From: Octopus sinensis
Lineage: Eukaryota
Assembly (NCBI RefSeq): GCF_006345805.1
Contig: NC_043009.1
Location: forward strand, 14,074,001-14,138,000
DNA: 64,000 nt
Direction of reading: 5' to 3'
Each line of letters opens with the position of its first letter. Within the stretch, counting starts at the first letter, position 1. Positions 40,661 through 55,038 of the stretch are shown here, in pieces. Below the pieces are notes generated by a model. The model was not told the DNA's origin, did no database searches, and saw only the letters and a program-made list of their open reading frames with translations. The translations under genes were made by a program, and so were the position numbers.

Positions 40661-42359
40661 TAAATACAACTGCAGAAGCGTCAAACACATTTTAACAGGG
40701 AAATTCAGTGTCAGAAAGGAAATTACAGGTACAAATGAGCGTGGTACAAATATATACATCCCAAGGTAAAACTTAAAGTCCAAATAACACTGCAAGTTAT
40801 TTGTAGAGGTTAGACAAATAAAGCCTGAACATACGGATGGCGTTTCGAAGACAGCCCACTCCTTGCTGATCATATAGAACACGGGTTCTAATGTAAATGG
40901 AGAACTTCTATAATGCAAAATAGTCGGCGAAACAAGTTTTTAAGAGTAAAAAAATAAAAAAGAATAAAGCAAAAAAACAAAATATATTTTCTACTTGTTT
41001 CGTTCATTGGACACGGCCTTGCTGGGGCACCACATTCAAAGTCTTAGTCGAAGATTTTAGTCGAAAAATTCGGTAGCTGTATTTATTCTGTTAGTTTCTG
41101 TTGCAGAACCGTTACTTTAAAAGGACATATATAACCCAACACCGGTCGTCAGATGGTGGTTGGGACAAAGACACACATACACATACATACATAGACAGAC
41201 AAACACATACATACAGAGACATGCATAGACACACACATGCGTGCTTGCACAAATTCATACGCTCACATACACACATGAATATATACAGTGTCCGTCCAGG
41301 AGACATTAGTCGGACATCGTGCTGCAGAATGGGACTGAGCCGGAAACGACGTGGTTGCAATGAGGGCTTCTTAACTATACATCCATGTCTGCGCCCAAGA
41401 AATAAACATGAAAATCAAGAAATTTTTCTTTACATAAAAAGAAACAATTAAGTAGGAACTAGAAGTTTGAATTAAGAGCAAAATAACAGAGAAAAGGTTA
41501 AAGACAAGAAAAAAAGTAAAACGGAATACCTAACTATGGATTAAAGAGAAAAAAAAAACGGAGTGACAGCCCCACTCAGTAGTCACTAACCTTAAGACTC
41601 GATTGAAAAGAAACCAGGGTAAATGTCCACAGTTGTCTAAAAATTCTGAGTTAAAACATAATCAAGCTTAAATTCAGTTGGAAGGGATCAAAGTCTAGTC
41701 AGCTGCTTAATAAAATATCAATGGCTTCAAATTTTGACACAGAGTCGGCAATTTCAGAGGGGAGGATAAGTTGATTATTTTACTGGACGGAAGGATGAAA
41801 GGCAAAGTGCCGCATAGCGTTTTTTTTTCCGACGCGCTATCGATTCTGACTGTTCATCGCTTTTTGATAATTGCTCCAAATGTTGGTAAAGTGCACGTAA
41901 TTTTATCGATCTTAAAATGGAAGAAAAGCAAAGTCAACCCCGGCGGGGTTTCAAATCAAAACGTGAAGAACCGAAAGAAATGCTGATAAGCATTTTCGTC
42001 TGACGTGCTAACCACTCCGCCAGTTCGCCGCCCAATCGAGAAATGTAACAATTCTTTCTACTATAAACACACTGCCTGAAATTGTAAGGGAAGGCATAGT
42101 CAATTACACCGAACCAACCCCGAAAGAATGGGATGCAAAGTCGACCTTGGTGGAATTTAATCTCAGAACATAAAGCCGGAAAGAAAGCCGCTAAGGATTT
42201 TGTCGGACATGTTGCCCAATTTACAAAAATGATAATGAAAATAAATAATACGTGCAGAATATGCAATTAAAAGCATTATTTCTGTGTCCAATCGTTCCTA
42301 AATCCGAGGTTATATATGGGTTAGACTGAGTCAGCTATATCCAATGGGATGTTATCGAT

Positions 42360-42494
42360 AGCAATGCTCTTTTTTTTTGATAATCAATCTAGGTTATATT
42401 AAGGTGTGTTTTCCTCCTATTTCTTACTTCTAAAATAGATTGGTTCACAAGTAACAGCTCTTTCATATCTTCTACTATTCTGGTAATATATTAT
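42360..42494 (-). pseudogene. R4/Dong-like RT fragment (inverted partner of 43675-43812)
   Basis: Reverse complement aligns to 43675-43812. Confidence 0.65.
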
Positions 42495-42825
42495 CCAATA
42501 AACAATGTGCTGAGTCTTCGTTGTGATGCAAGCGTGTAACTAACACTATATGCGACAAGGATCAAGTTCTAATTATCAAGCATGCACGTGTCCTGAGTAG
42601 CAACGAGATCAAGGAAAAACCGTCCAGATTTCCAGTCATAACTATCACCATATCAACCGAGCAGCAAATACGAAAGTTGCTGTCACCAAATTTCAGCTGC
42701 TTGAAGAAAAATTTCTTTAGTGTTCCTATGAAACTTCTGTCTTAGGCAATGATAATGTGAAAATAGGTAAAAATATGAAATTTCAGCGTCCAGGCAGACT
42801 AATAGATATAGCAATGCGAGATAAT

Positions 42826-43132
42826 GACTTTCGGAAACATTTTTTTCACGCTAAGAGTTGCTGAAGCATGGAACAAACGGCCGGCATCAGTTGTTAGCTG
42901 TCGGAGCACTGCATCCTTCAAAACTTCCATGCTTTCTGAGATTCGCCAACACTACACCTGATTTTCTCCCCTCCATACACACGCAAGCATGTATCTGACT
43001 CATACACTGTTCACTTTCCAGACATTTGTACATTACTGCATATACTTTATACGCACTTTTGACAAGTTGTGGTGCACCTGAGCATACAATAATTTCATTA
43101 TTATTATTATTATAATAATAATAATAATAATA

Positions 43133-43185
<53 letters not shown>
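42826..43185 (+). mobile_element. CR1-group LINE 3' end with (ATT)n tail
   Basis: FRKHF/FTLRVAEAWNKRPASVVSCRSTASFK with one frameshift; 3' UTR then ATT repeats. Confidence 0.85.
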
Positions 43186-43186
<1 letters not shown>

Positions 43187-43674
43187 ACTTGATAGCGTGC
43201 AGAAGTGAGCTGCAAAGCTTAGAAATCAGAATGACTTAGCGTGGCAGCAGAGAGAGAGGATGTGTCTATTATCATTTATACTTGACACAAAGAATATTCA
43301 AGAACTAACCATTCTAGGATTTGCAAACATTGTTAAGGTATATTTGCGCAGGCTTTCAAGATCTTCGTCCTTGTTGTTAAACTTAAGCATATCTGTTAAC
43401 CTTAGAAATTCCTTTTTGCCATCATTGTTAACACACAGAACTCGTATTAGCGTTGAACATCCCCGTAAACCTTGAACTTTTTTTATTATTTACATTTAGC
43501 TAACCATCAGCAGCTATGTTAGCCTTCAAATCTTCTGCACATTTTCTCCAAGATGTAACGAATTCATGTCCCAATAAAAGAAACTACAAATGGTTAAAAT
43601 AATATTACCTGCCGACAACACAGAAATCCATGAATCTATTCAGTCTATCAAGCTGGTTCCAGAAGAGTAGAAAA

Positions 43675-43812
43675 TGATATATTACCAGAAGAGCAGAAAA
43701 TATGAAAGAGCTGTTTAGTTGTGAACCAATCTATTGTAGAAGTAAGAAATAGGAGGAAAACACACCTTAAGATAATCTGGATTGATTATCAAAAAAAAGA
43801 AATGCATTGATA
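43675..43812 (+). pseudogene. R4/Dong-like RT fragment
   Basis: Translates in pieces to DILPEEQK and RRKTHLKIIWIDYQK, matching ILPEEQKGC...WIDYKKAFD. Confidence 0.65.
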
Positions 43813-45050
43813 CTGAAAACATCCCAAAATAAATACTTGAAAACCAATCCGACAACACATAGTACACGCGAACACAACTCAGGAAAATAACACAACTATC
43901 ATTCCTCATGCTCTGCACCACATAGTAGATGCTAAAATTTATAAAGAACAGCAAAACCAAATCCGTCGGGACAGATAATTTGGAGTTTGAGAAAGTAGAG
44001 ATAACACAGGAACAAGACAATTCCACAACATACAAGTAATTCTGGTTGGATGTGCGGGGAAGCAGCTCCTCTTCTAGCCTCGGCTCTTTCCTTGTATATA
44101 CAACCATTCGCTCCGATTTGGTCGATGGAGAGCACATCACACTATACAACGACCATAACTTCTTTCGACTGCCCCTCAGGACATATTTGAACTCAGGACA
44201 CATTTCAGTTTCTCCGTTGCTTTTTCTTCGATTCATTCCTTGGGCAAGGAGTTACTGATTTTTGTGATTTATCACTCCCATTCAGTTTCTTGCCTAGGTA
44301 CTGACGGATGATGAATGCTGTGATTTCAAAGAGGCTCTTGTTAATTTTGTTATTAAAGTTATTAAAGCGATCGCAACTTTTTCCATTTATATTTATTAAA
44401 GATTTTATTATTGCGACTACCTTTAACAGTTTTTTAGTTTTTAGTTTGACTGTTTTTAAAGGCAAGCAAACCACGAACTATCAAAATGATAATAAAATAG
44501 TTCAAGCAAACAACTTTGAACACAACATACATAAAAAATTAAATTAAAAATCTGTAAATCCTTAATAAAAATCATTAAGGAAAAAAATATCGTAAGAAAA
44601 AATGAAAGAGTTCCTCATCAAATGAAAAGGAATTCGTTGGTTTAAAAAACGACAATGATTCTCTGAACAAATTCCACTCTTTGATTTTAACCGAAATCGA
44701 TTTTATCAGGAATCACATAAAAATGGGATAGAAATCAATGCAGAACCAGCAGAAAGAAGAATTCTGGCAAGAAGAAGGGGCAATGATGAAATGATTTTAG
44801 GCGAGATTGGTCAAAACAACAAGTGCGGTGCTTGAACAATGGTAGGAAGGTATTATAGAACGAGAATTATTCTAAAGAAGCTAAAGAACAATAACAAGAA
44901 CAAAAAATGTGAAAGGTTCCAACAGACAATAAAAACCTAAATGTAAAAATACGCAACAAGCATACATCAATGCAAATTATAATAATAGAAACAGAAGCAG
45001 CAGCACCGGTAGCCGCACCACCACCGCTGCCGCCGCCACCTCCACCACCG

Positions 45051-45081
<31 letters not shown>

Positions 45082-45216
45082 CAACAGCAGCAGCAGTAAT
45101 AGTATATTAACGTGTTAAATGAAACAGTAACACTGATTGATTTAATCAAACCCGTGACATACTTTCCTACAAACTACCAGGCCAATCATGGCGACTGTAT
45201 ATATACATGGCGACTA

Positions 45217-45265
<49 letters not shown>

Positions 45266-45365
45266 CATTATATATGTATGTGCATATATATAACATATAT
45301 ATTTATACACATATAACAGATACGTATGTATGTATGTATGTATGTATGTATGTATGTATGCATAA

Positions 45366-45452
<87 letters not shown>

Positions 45453-47226
45453 AATCTATGTATCTTAATACACTTGCATCACGTGAAACCAAATGACCGG
45501 TATTTATCCTGCGATAATACTTTTTTTTTTAAAGTGTACCGTGTTAAGAATAACACGTACAACTATATAAATATCAAAACAAAATAGCGCAGCAGCCGAG
45601 GTGGTATTGCTGGATGCAAATTTCGGCCTCTTTGGGCTTCGTCAGTACAAGTCCTCAGTGGCAACTGCATGTTAATAAAAAAAAAAGTCCGTCGTCCATG
45701 GTACAGATAAGCAGTGATTGATAATTTATGATGTTGCAATTAGCCGGCCGACTGAATATAAATTCGTTATGTGCAACAGAAGTAACATTAGTATGAAACA
45801 GCAGTCTCTGTAACATACTTAATGCAGATATAAAACAGGAAGCCAAATTACAGTGATATTCGTTCTGAGATGATATTTCTTATAGACGTGCAGTGTTAAA
45901 AAAAACACAAAATATGTCAGTAACATATATCAATATATTGTACCTGCAAATTAAAGGTTCAGCCATGCCACGCTGTCTCATGTTTATTCCGACTGTTAAT
46001 TACGTTGAGATACACAAGTCTTTTGAATATCCAGTCATTTAAACGATTATTTCAGGAGTAGGTAATTCCATTGATTGAACAATTGTACTCCCAAATATCC
46101 GTTTTAAAATGCACCTACTTGTCTATCCACATGAACGCACACATGTACTATACGTATGTGACTTACAATATAGTTTCACTAAACTCCGTATAAATCTATC
46201 ATTTACACTCAAACTCACTTCCCCATCAAGAGCATCGTCCTTTTTATTATATATTTTATCAGCGTTTCATCTTCATTTTATTAGTTCATCACATCAAATT
46301 CAATGGATAACTTTTATACAGTATAATAAAATGGCCGTTTAAGCGCCATTATATATCACAATATTTTAGATAAAATGACAATGAACCAATCACCACAGAT
46401 ACTAACTCGGGACACAGACTTGGGTTTCGTATGATGGTAAATGTATCGACACAACGACTTCAAGTAATTAAACACCTAATAAATCAATAAAGATTAGAAA
46501 ATAAGATCGAGTGAGTCGATGCATCAGTGGCAGTATACATATATATATACCGGAGTAAACACATAAATGTGAAACAAGGTGGAAAAAAAGAGTACTCAAA
46601 TACCAGTATATATATATATATATATATAAATTCTAGGTGCATATCATATTTAGTTTTGTGTCTAATTAAAGAAAATATCTTAATTAGAAGATCTATTTAA
46701 AAATTGCACACCTTCTCAGACACGCACGTATACACACACTTAGGTACAAACAAATAATTATTCTCATTCTCAGTTCAACTTTATATATGTGTATATGTGT
46801 CTTGTGTGTGTGTGTGCGCGTGTGTGTGTGTTTGTGTGTGAGTGTGCTTGTGCATATATGTGTGTGCTTGTTTGCATGTGCGTGTATGTGTACGTATGTA
46901 TTTACACTTTTATTTATGACTTATCAATCTTTAATATCTATGTCTAATACGCAGTATTTACCTGGGTACCTATTCTGCTAAAAACAATGGTCTACGCTCC
47001 CTCAGATTTCATGTCACAGTCACAAAAGATTTTGCGCTACCGTAGCTCTGGATACTATGTCTAGGAAAAGATGAGATTGTCACGGTCGGAGTGTGTATTG
47101 ATTTTAGATGAGCTGAATCAGAACTGAACAGAACTGATCAATAACATCGAAGAAATGATAGATAATAAATTTAGAAGTCATTTAGAATTGGCTTGGGAAA
47201 ATTACAATTATGTATAACAGTAAGCG

Positions 47227-47318
47227 TGTGTATGTATGTATGTATGTATGTATGTATGTATGTATGTATGTATGTATGTATGCATGCATGTATGTATGTA
47301 TGCGTGTATGTATGTATG

Positions 47319-47349
<31 letters not shown>

Positions 47350-47700
47350 GTATGTATGTATGTATGTATGTATGTATGTATGTATGTATGTGTGTATGTA
47401 TGTGTGTATGTATGTGTGTATGTATGCATGTATGCATGTATGTATGCATATATGTATGTATGTGTGTATGTATGTATGTATGTGTGTGTATGTATGCATG
47501 TATGCATGTATGTATGTAGGTATGCATGTATGCATGTATGTATATATGTATATATGTGTGTATGTATGTATGTGTTTGTGTATGTATGTATGTATGTATA
47601 TATGTATGTAAGTATATATGTATGTATGTATGTGTAAATGTATGTATGTATGTATGTATGTATGTATGTATGTATGTATCTATCTATCTATCTATCTATC
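47227..47700. repeat. (TATG)n microsatellite
   Basis: Direct reading. Confidence 0.98.
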
Positions 47701-47997
47701 TACGTATCTATGTGTTTGTCTGTCTCTCTCTCTATCTGTCTATGTATCTATCATTCGAATATCCTCACACATACACGTACCTATGGGAGCACATATGAGC
47801 TTACGCCCAAAAGTATGTGCATGTATTAGCATGTAAGTCGTACATATATATATATACGTATATATATATATATACACACACGGTGTGTAATGCTCATATT
47901 ATACATCCTAGCACCATTACTTGTACTTCACAGTGATTAACGCTTTTAACACTATTAACAAATAAAAGAAATGACGATGATGATGATGACGACGACG

Positions 47998-48029
<32 letters not shown>

Positions 48030-48056
48030 AATAATAATAAGAAGAAGAAGAAGAAA

Positions 48057-48103
<47 letters not shown>

Positions 48104-48118
48104 GAAGAAGAAGAAGAA

Positions 48119-48150
<32 letters not shown>

Positions 48151-48825
48151 CAACAACAAAAGCAATGACAACAACAAGTAACAATTGCAAAATCCGATAG
48201 CAATCATAAAAGGCAGAAACCTTTTTGTTGCGGTTGCCATTGGTATTGTAGTTATTGTCATTCTGTAGACATTTATGCCAAACGCTGCTGTTTCACACAT
48301 ACCTAATACATAGTCATAAAACAGAAACTTTTCAAAGAAGGATTCATAAAATTCTCATGGCATATCCATAAAAACACCTGGTTGATGGCGCACGCATACA
48401 CATACACACACTAGAACGGACACACACATACAAAGATAGATAGAGATACCGTAGCACACGCAAACATATAAACACACACATACACGTCAGTCATAGACAT
48501 CTGCATACAAGTATGATATACACTTACACATTCGTAGAAGTAGACACATACAAATATATACACAAGCACAGAAGCTCATAAAAAGAGGCACATATGAATA
48601 TTAACAGATGCAGACACATGAGGTGCATACAGACATTTACATACGAAGAGACAAATGTACATAGAAGTACCTACACACATAAAGGTACTATACACTCACA
48701 CCTCACTAACAAAAACATATTTATATACACATACGAAAACAGGGACATACGCATTAGTTATACACATTCCTGTATGCTTTCATAATTATATATATATATA
48801 CATATGCGTATACATATGCGTGTAC

Positions 48826-48857
<32 letters not shown>

Positions 48858-48950
48858 AATTTTAATCCAAACGGGAAAACAAAAAAAAACAACAACAATG
48901 GAACAATTACAGTATTATTATTAATAGGCGCTCAGGAAATGGAAGCAGGA

Positions 48951-48990
48951 AGGTATGACGTTTCGAGCGGAGCTCTTCGTCGGAAACATA
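48951..48990 (-). ncRNA. Hammerhead-like motif in a family X relative
   Basis: Minus strand CCGACGA-A-GAGC-TCC-GCTC-GAAA-CG-TC; stem I weak. Confidence 0.5.
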
Positions 48991-49027
48991 AAGAAGGAAG
49001 AGAGAGGAAAGAAAGATCATATATATA

Positions 49028-49060
<33 letters not shown>

Positions 49061-49285
49061 CTTTATTTAAAGCAGCAGAAAATTCAACAAAATATGTTAC
49101 TCTGAGTTCTCGTTGCCGTTCATCAGACAGTTTTTGCTAGCAAAAACTGTCTGATGAACGGCAACGAGAAACTCAGAGTAACATATTTTGTTGAATTTTC
49201 TGCTGCTTTAAATAAAGCATATTACTCTACCACTGGTATTTGAGTACTCTTTTTTCCACCTTGTTTCACATTTATGTGTTTACTC

Positions 49286-49288
<3 letters not shown>
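49061..49288 (+). ncRNA. Repeat family Y hammerhead motif (49141-49192) with a spacer-less inverted copy (palindrome 49061-49217)
   Basis: CTGT-CTGATGA-ACG-GCAA-CGA-GAAA-CTC-A-GAG-TA-ACAT; left arm is the reverse complement with one indel, centred on GCTAGC. Confidence 0.8.
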
Positions 49289-49371
<83 letters not shown>

Positions 49372-49407
49372 TATATATACACACACATATATGTATGTAT
49401 ACTCTCC

Positions 49408-49806
49408 TTACTCTTTTACTCTTTTACTTGTTTCAGTCATTTGACTGCGGTCATGCTGGAGCACCGCCTTTAGTCGAGCAAATCGACTCCGGGACTTATT
49501 CTTTGGGAGCCCAGTATTTAATCTATCGGGCTCTTTTGCCGAACCGCTAAGTTACGGGGACGTAAACACACCAGCATCGGTTGTCAAGCAATGCTAGGGG
49601 GAGAAACACAGACACACAAACACACACACGCATATATATATATATATATATACATATATACGACAGGCTTCTTTCAGTTTCCGTCTACCAAATCCACTTA
49701 CAAGGCATTGGTCGGCCCGGGGCTATAGCAGAAGACACTTGCCCAAGATGCCACGCAGTGGGACTGAACCCGGAACCATGTGGTTGGTAAGCAAGCTACT
49801 TACCAC
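49408..49806 (-). mobile_element. SINE family B composite
   Basis: Reverse complement of 56018-56415 including the CA/TA spacer. Confidence 0.92.
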
Positions 49807-51859
49807 GCAATATAATCTAAATATATGTATATATGCATACACACATACACACACACACACAATACATCCACGTTAAACAGGGTATAAAGATTGTTATTTG
49901 GTATTAATACTGCTGACAAAGCGCAAAACCGCAGAAATCACGTGATCTAGTATTTCCCCGCCGGTACCGAGCAATTTTCACCACCAACTGATTTTCTATA
50001 CTCTAAAGGTTTAAACGAGATAAGACGAACCCTGCAGCATTACGGTTTTCTTATAAAACATCCATGATATGTAGGCTATAAACTTTGATATACAACTACA
50101 CTTGCATACTTACATACGCATAAATATCAATTATACAAACATACAAGCCAGTCTAGCTGCATTACTAGTAAAGGCTTCATACATAAGGATTATTGAAATA
50201 TATTCTGTGGTCGACTTATAACAAGGAACATATTATAAACGGCCGAATGAAAAATGCGTAGTTTTCTTAGATTTATGTACACATCCGTAGTTAGTAACGG
50301 GTTAAATGATTATGAGAGTGACAGAGTGGGCAGAGACATGCACAAAGAAAATTTTAGTTGTTTTTCACGCTGTGGCTAAATCGTTATTATAGAACAGGAC
50401 ATAGGAATGCAATCTCTGTTTGCAAGACCTCCACCCCTACTACCATGCCCCCCCCCAACAACGATCATCACATATCACCACAACAGAACTGCGTACCTTG
50501 AAACGCTTTATTGCATCGTCTCTATTTCGCATCAAAGCGTTAAGATTAACGTTAAGTGATTACACTGACACACAAATATCTATCTACGCACGCACACACG
50601 CACTTACTCCCACACACACACACACACACACACGCACACAAACACATATATATATATATACACCCACACAGGCACACACATATGTATATGTGTATGCATG
50701 AATATCTTCTTTTATTAATATTTACATCTATATGCATACATTCGCACACACATACTCACACACACATATATATACATCTCTCTCTCTCTCTATATATATA
50801 TATATACACACACATACATATATACATATATGCATACAAGTTCGTGCAAGGACATATAGACACACGTACGCATGTATTATAAATACGTACGATCTCTTTC
50901 TCACATGCCTACATTCACATGTGGACATAAAAGGAAACATCGAGAATCATGATGCAATGCAACAGTCTCTGGGTAGTTGGAACACCAGTGAAGTCCTAGC
51001 AAGAATGTAGTACACGGAGAAAAAAGAAAGTCATTCATGCGAATGTTCAATCCTACTCAAAGCTTTATTCACAGTAACTGGATTAACTGAGCTGAAATAA
51101 GCCTGATGTATGGCTTCAAGAAAAACGGCTCAAAGGAAATGATATTCGAATCACTGATTTTATTCATCGCACCCACAGAAACACTTTGGCAAACCGCGAT
51201 AAACGCACAGAGGTATATGCGCGTACAGACACACACACACACATGCACATACATACGTCGTTATATATCTTGTTCCCATGACACAAAATGTAAAAATTAC
51301 GTTATCAGAATTTAATCTGACTGGTGCAACAGAATTGCACAAAATGATGCTAGCACCAATGTTCATTTAATCATTTTTGCTATTGGTGATATGGCAAATT
51401 CGAAACTGTTCTAGTTGGATATGTGTTTATTTGCATTGTGCATATCTTGGTATATCTCATACAGCCTTCAGCTTCTCTTTACATTTCACTTTCGTGGATA
51501 TTTATATTTAAACAAATCAAAATATATGACCTGTCTAAGTTCCAAAGTGGATAAACTGTTGGGGAGGAGATGGCTCGCGGAATTCGAAAGGGACAGTCTC
51601 TAGAATCATGTCGGTATTCTAAAACCAAGTTAAAGCTCATACAAGCATAGTTCTTGATAGAAGACAAAGCTCACACAGAAGGAGCGCAGAATAGAAATAC
51701 GTCTTGTGTCTTCAAGCCACCGAACTAGGACAGGAAAGTGATAGCTATACTAAAACATCTTGTTGCAATCCTACGTGAACCAAAACTGTTCGCTTTGAGA
51801 TCCGTGCCCTGGAAGGGCTGTAATTGCAAAACCTTTCCTGACCCGATCAAGACTGATAA

Positions 51860-52250
51860 GCGGAATAAAACGGTGTGTAGTCAATCAGAAGTGATCAATG
51901 GTTCAGTCGAACAATGTCATATCTGGTAAATCATTATTCACTCTTTTACTTATTTGTAGGGGACTTTATATCTGGAGGCAGTCTACTGAAGCCTTTAACC
52001 CAGACTGTTTGGCCCCTAACGTGAATCATGGCCGGTGGCTTTGCGATAATTTGAGCAGCCATATTATGAAATTCTCTAGGCCCATTTGTTGTTCCGGTTT
52101 ATGCCATGGATTATAGGAGTTTACGCCAAGGCTTATAAGAGTATTTTGACTGACCATCTTGTTTACTGTGATAGCGCAACATTCCAGGTAGAGAAAGTAC
52201 TGAAACACACGGCTACTCTCATCAAAATTTAATACGAAGAGCACAGAAGT
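51860..52250 (+). pseudogene. Tc1-like transposase fragment, heavily decayed
   Basis: YIWRQSTEAFNPDCLAPNVNHG matches Tc1 VWR..GEA..P.C..PTVKHGGG. Confidence 0.7.
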
Positions 52251-52509
52251 GAAGTAGACTGCTTGGATTGCCCATCCCCCCCCATATATATATATATATA
52301 TATGCACGTTCATGTGTACATGGATACACACACATATACTCACGTCCATATATAAGCCTGTTTCATAACAATATCCGTGAAGATGGCTTACCCTGCTTGC
52401 GTGCATACATGCATATACTTCAGATTCCGTGTATGTGAGTGATTGAGCAAGTACATGCGCGCGCGCGTGTCTATGGTTTGGGTGCTTGTGTAAGTGTCTA
52501 TATACATAT

Positions 52510-52635
52510 CAGAGTGTTACGAGTTAAGAAGCTTGCTTCCCAATCATATGATTCCGGGTTCAGTCCCACTGCGTGGCAGCTTGGCCAAGTGTCTTCTACT
52601 GTAGCCTCGGGCCGACCAAAGCCTTGAGTGGATTT
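52510..52635 (+). mobile_element. SINE family B, 5' module
   Basis: GGGTTCAGTCCCACTGCGTGGCAGCTTGGCCAAGTGTCTTCTACT. Confidence 0.85.
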
Positions 52636-53606
52636 ATATACACATCAGCAGGTCTCAATCGAACATTTATTGTGCCTTTTGAAGTAGCAAGTGAGGATCC
52701 ACTACACTATGGCATCATCTCTGAAACAACTAAAGGACGTTTTGCTTTACAAACGGTTTAAAGTCACCCTAACAATCCCTGAGAATCTGTATAGGTCAAT
52801 TACTCGACGTAAAACGATGCCTCTGTCTGCTTGCTGCCATATCTTCATATAAGCACATTTGAATCTGCTAAAACTTATTAAAAATGAGTTGATGCGTTAT
52901 TGATTGGATTCTCGTAGTTCTGTGAGGAACCCGTGTATTATTATCTGTTTGGCAGGCTTCTGCACGCATCATCAGATAGTTTATTTGCTGATTCCTGTAA
53001 ATAAGAGCTCTTGTTATTGTGAGATTCATCGGTTACGGGTAGCTTCGACGATGAGACACCCGACGGCGTCGAAACACCACAGTGTCTCGAAGCCCCTGGT
53101 TTCAGTGAATCATAGGTTTAATGAAAACACATCACTACAAGGGACGAGATGCTTTGCGATTGCGAATAACGACAGCAGTCGGCTATTCACATTAAAATCT
53201 ATCATGTACGTCAGTGCATGAAATGTGCATTCGTTTTTATTCAGATGGTTATATTATGCAGTCAGATTGTAAGGTGCAAAACGGATTTATTCAGTATTGA
53301 AATAAGCAGTTATTCGGAGTATCGGCTTTATAAAGACGTGAATCTAAAAGTCAGAAAACATAGATAGGGATGTTCTAGCTACAAGAAGCTGTTTGAGTCA
53401 TTGTGCAAATGTGTAAAACATTCCTGAAATTTAGTTTGCAATAAGTGCATACAGACGTGTGTAGTGTAGTGATGTAGATGGTGTTCAAATTCCAAAGAAA
53501 AGTCAATATATCGGTGTTAGGAACTGGCAATTTCTCTATTAGGAAATTTGAAAATAAGACTAGAATTCATACATACATACATACATACATACATACATAC
53601 ATACAT

Positions 53607-53641
<35 letters not shown>

Positions 53642-53727
53642 TGCATACGCACATATATGTATATGTAAATTTACTTGGAAGAAATATATATATATATATA
53701 TATATGTGACAATTATTCAGTAGCCCT

Positions 53728-53828
53728 GATAAAACTCCGAGTTTCGGATGCCAAGGTGGAAATCCCCGCCGCCATCTCTTCAGCTATCCGGCATTTTTCC
53801 GATGGCCGGATAACTGAAGAGATGGCGG

Positions 53829-53830
<2 letters not shown>
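53728..53830 (-). ncRNA. Hammerhead motif (53728-53788) with inverted partial copy forming a 26-bp hairpin (53767-53830)
   Basis: Minus strand GATAG-CTGAAGA-GATG...CATC-C-GAAA-CTC-G-GAG-TT-TTATC; island between (TA)n tracts. Confidence 0.72.
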
Positions 53831-53899
<69 letters not shown>

Positions 53900-54064
53900 T
53901 TTGTGTGTCATTGTCTGTGTAGGCACATATATTATATATATATACACACTCACACACATATATATATATACGTATAGATACAATATGTATATGTATTATG
54001 TGTGTGTATATATATATATATGGGTGTGTGTGTGTGTATTATGCATGTATGTATGTGTTTGTGT

Positions 54065-54247
54065 GTCTGTCTTTGTATCCCCCGCCATCGCTTGACAGCC
54101 GATGTTGGTATATTTACATCCCCGTAACTTAGCAGTTCGGCGAAAGTGACCGATAGAATAAGTTCTGGAGTCGATTTGTTTAACTAAAGGCAGTGCTCCG
54201 GCATGGCTGCAGTAAAGTGACTGAAGCAAGTGAAAGAGTAAAAGAAT
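54065..54247 (+). mobile_element. SINE family B, 3' module
   Basis: Homologous to 56220-56415. Confidence 0.85.
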
Positions 54248-54416
54248 ATATTTATTTACATATTTGCATTGATATATATACATACATGCGCGCGCGAGAC
54301 CTCCGCTCCCATATATGTACACGTGTGTGTGTGTATGCATATATATATATATATATATACATTATCTACATTATTTACATTTGAGGGATATTTGTCCTCA
54401 TCTTGTTTGTTGTTAA

Positions 54417-54459
54417 CACAACTTTTCGGCTGATAAACCCTTCCAGCCTTCATCAGGTG
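54417..54459 (-). ncRNA. Minimal hammerhead-like motif
   Basis: Minus strand CAC-CTGATGA-A-GGCTG-(11 nt)-CAGCC-GAAA-AG-TT-GTG. Confidence 0.62.
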
Positions 54460-54514
54460 ACTTGGGGAAATATCGGACATGGGTTCTCATTCCTAAGGTA
54501 TTTTTCGATGATTT

Positions 54515-55038
<524 letters not shown>

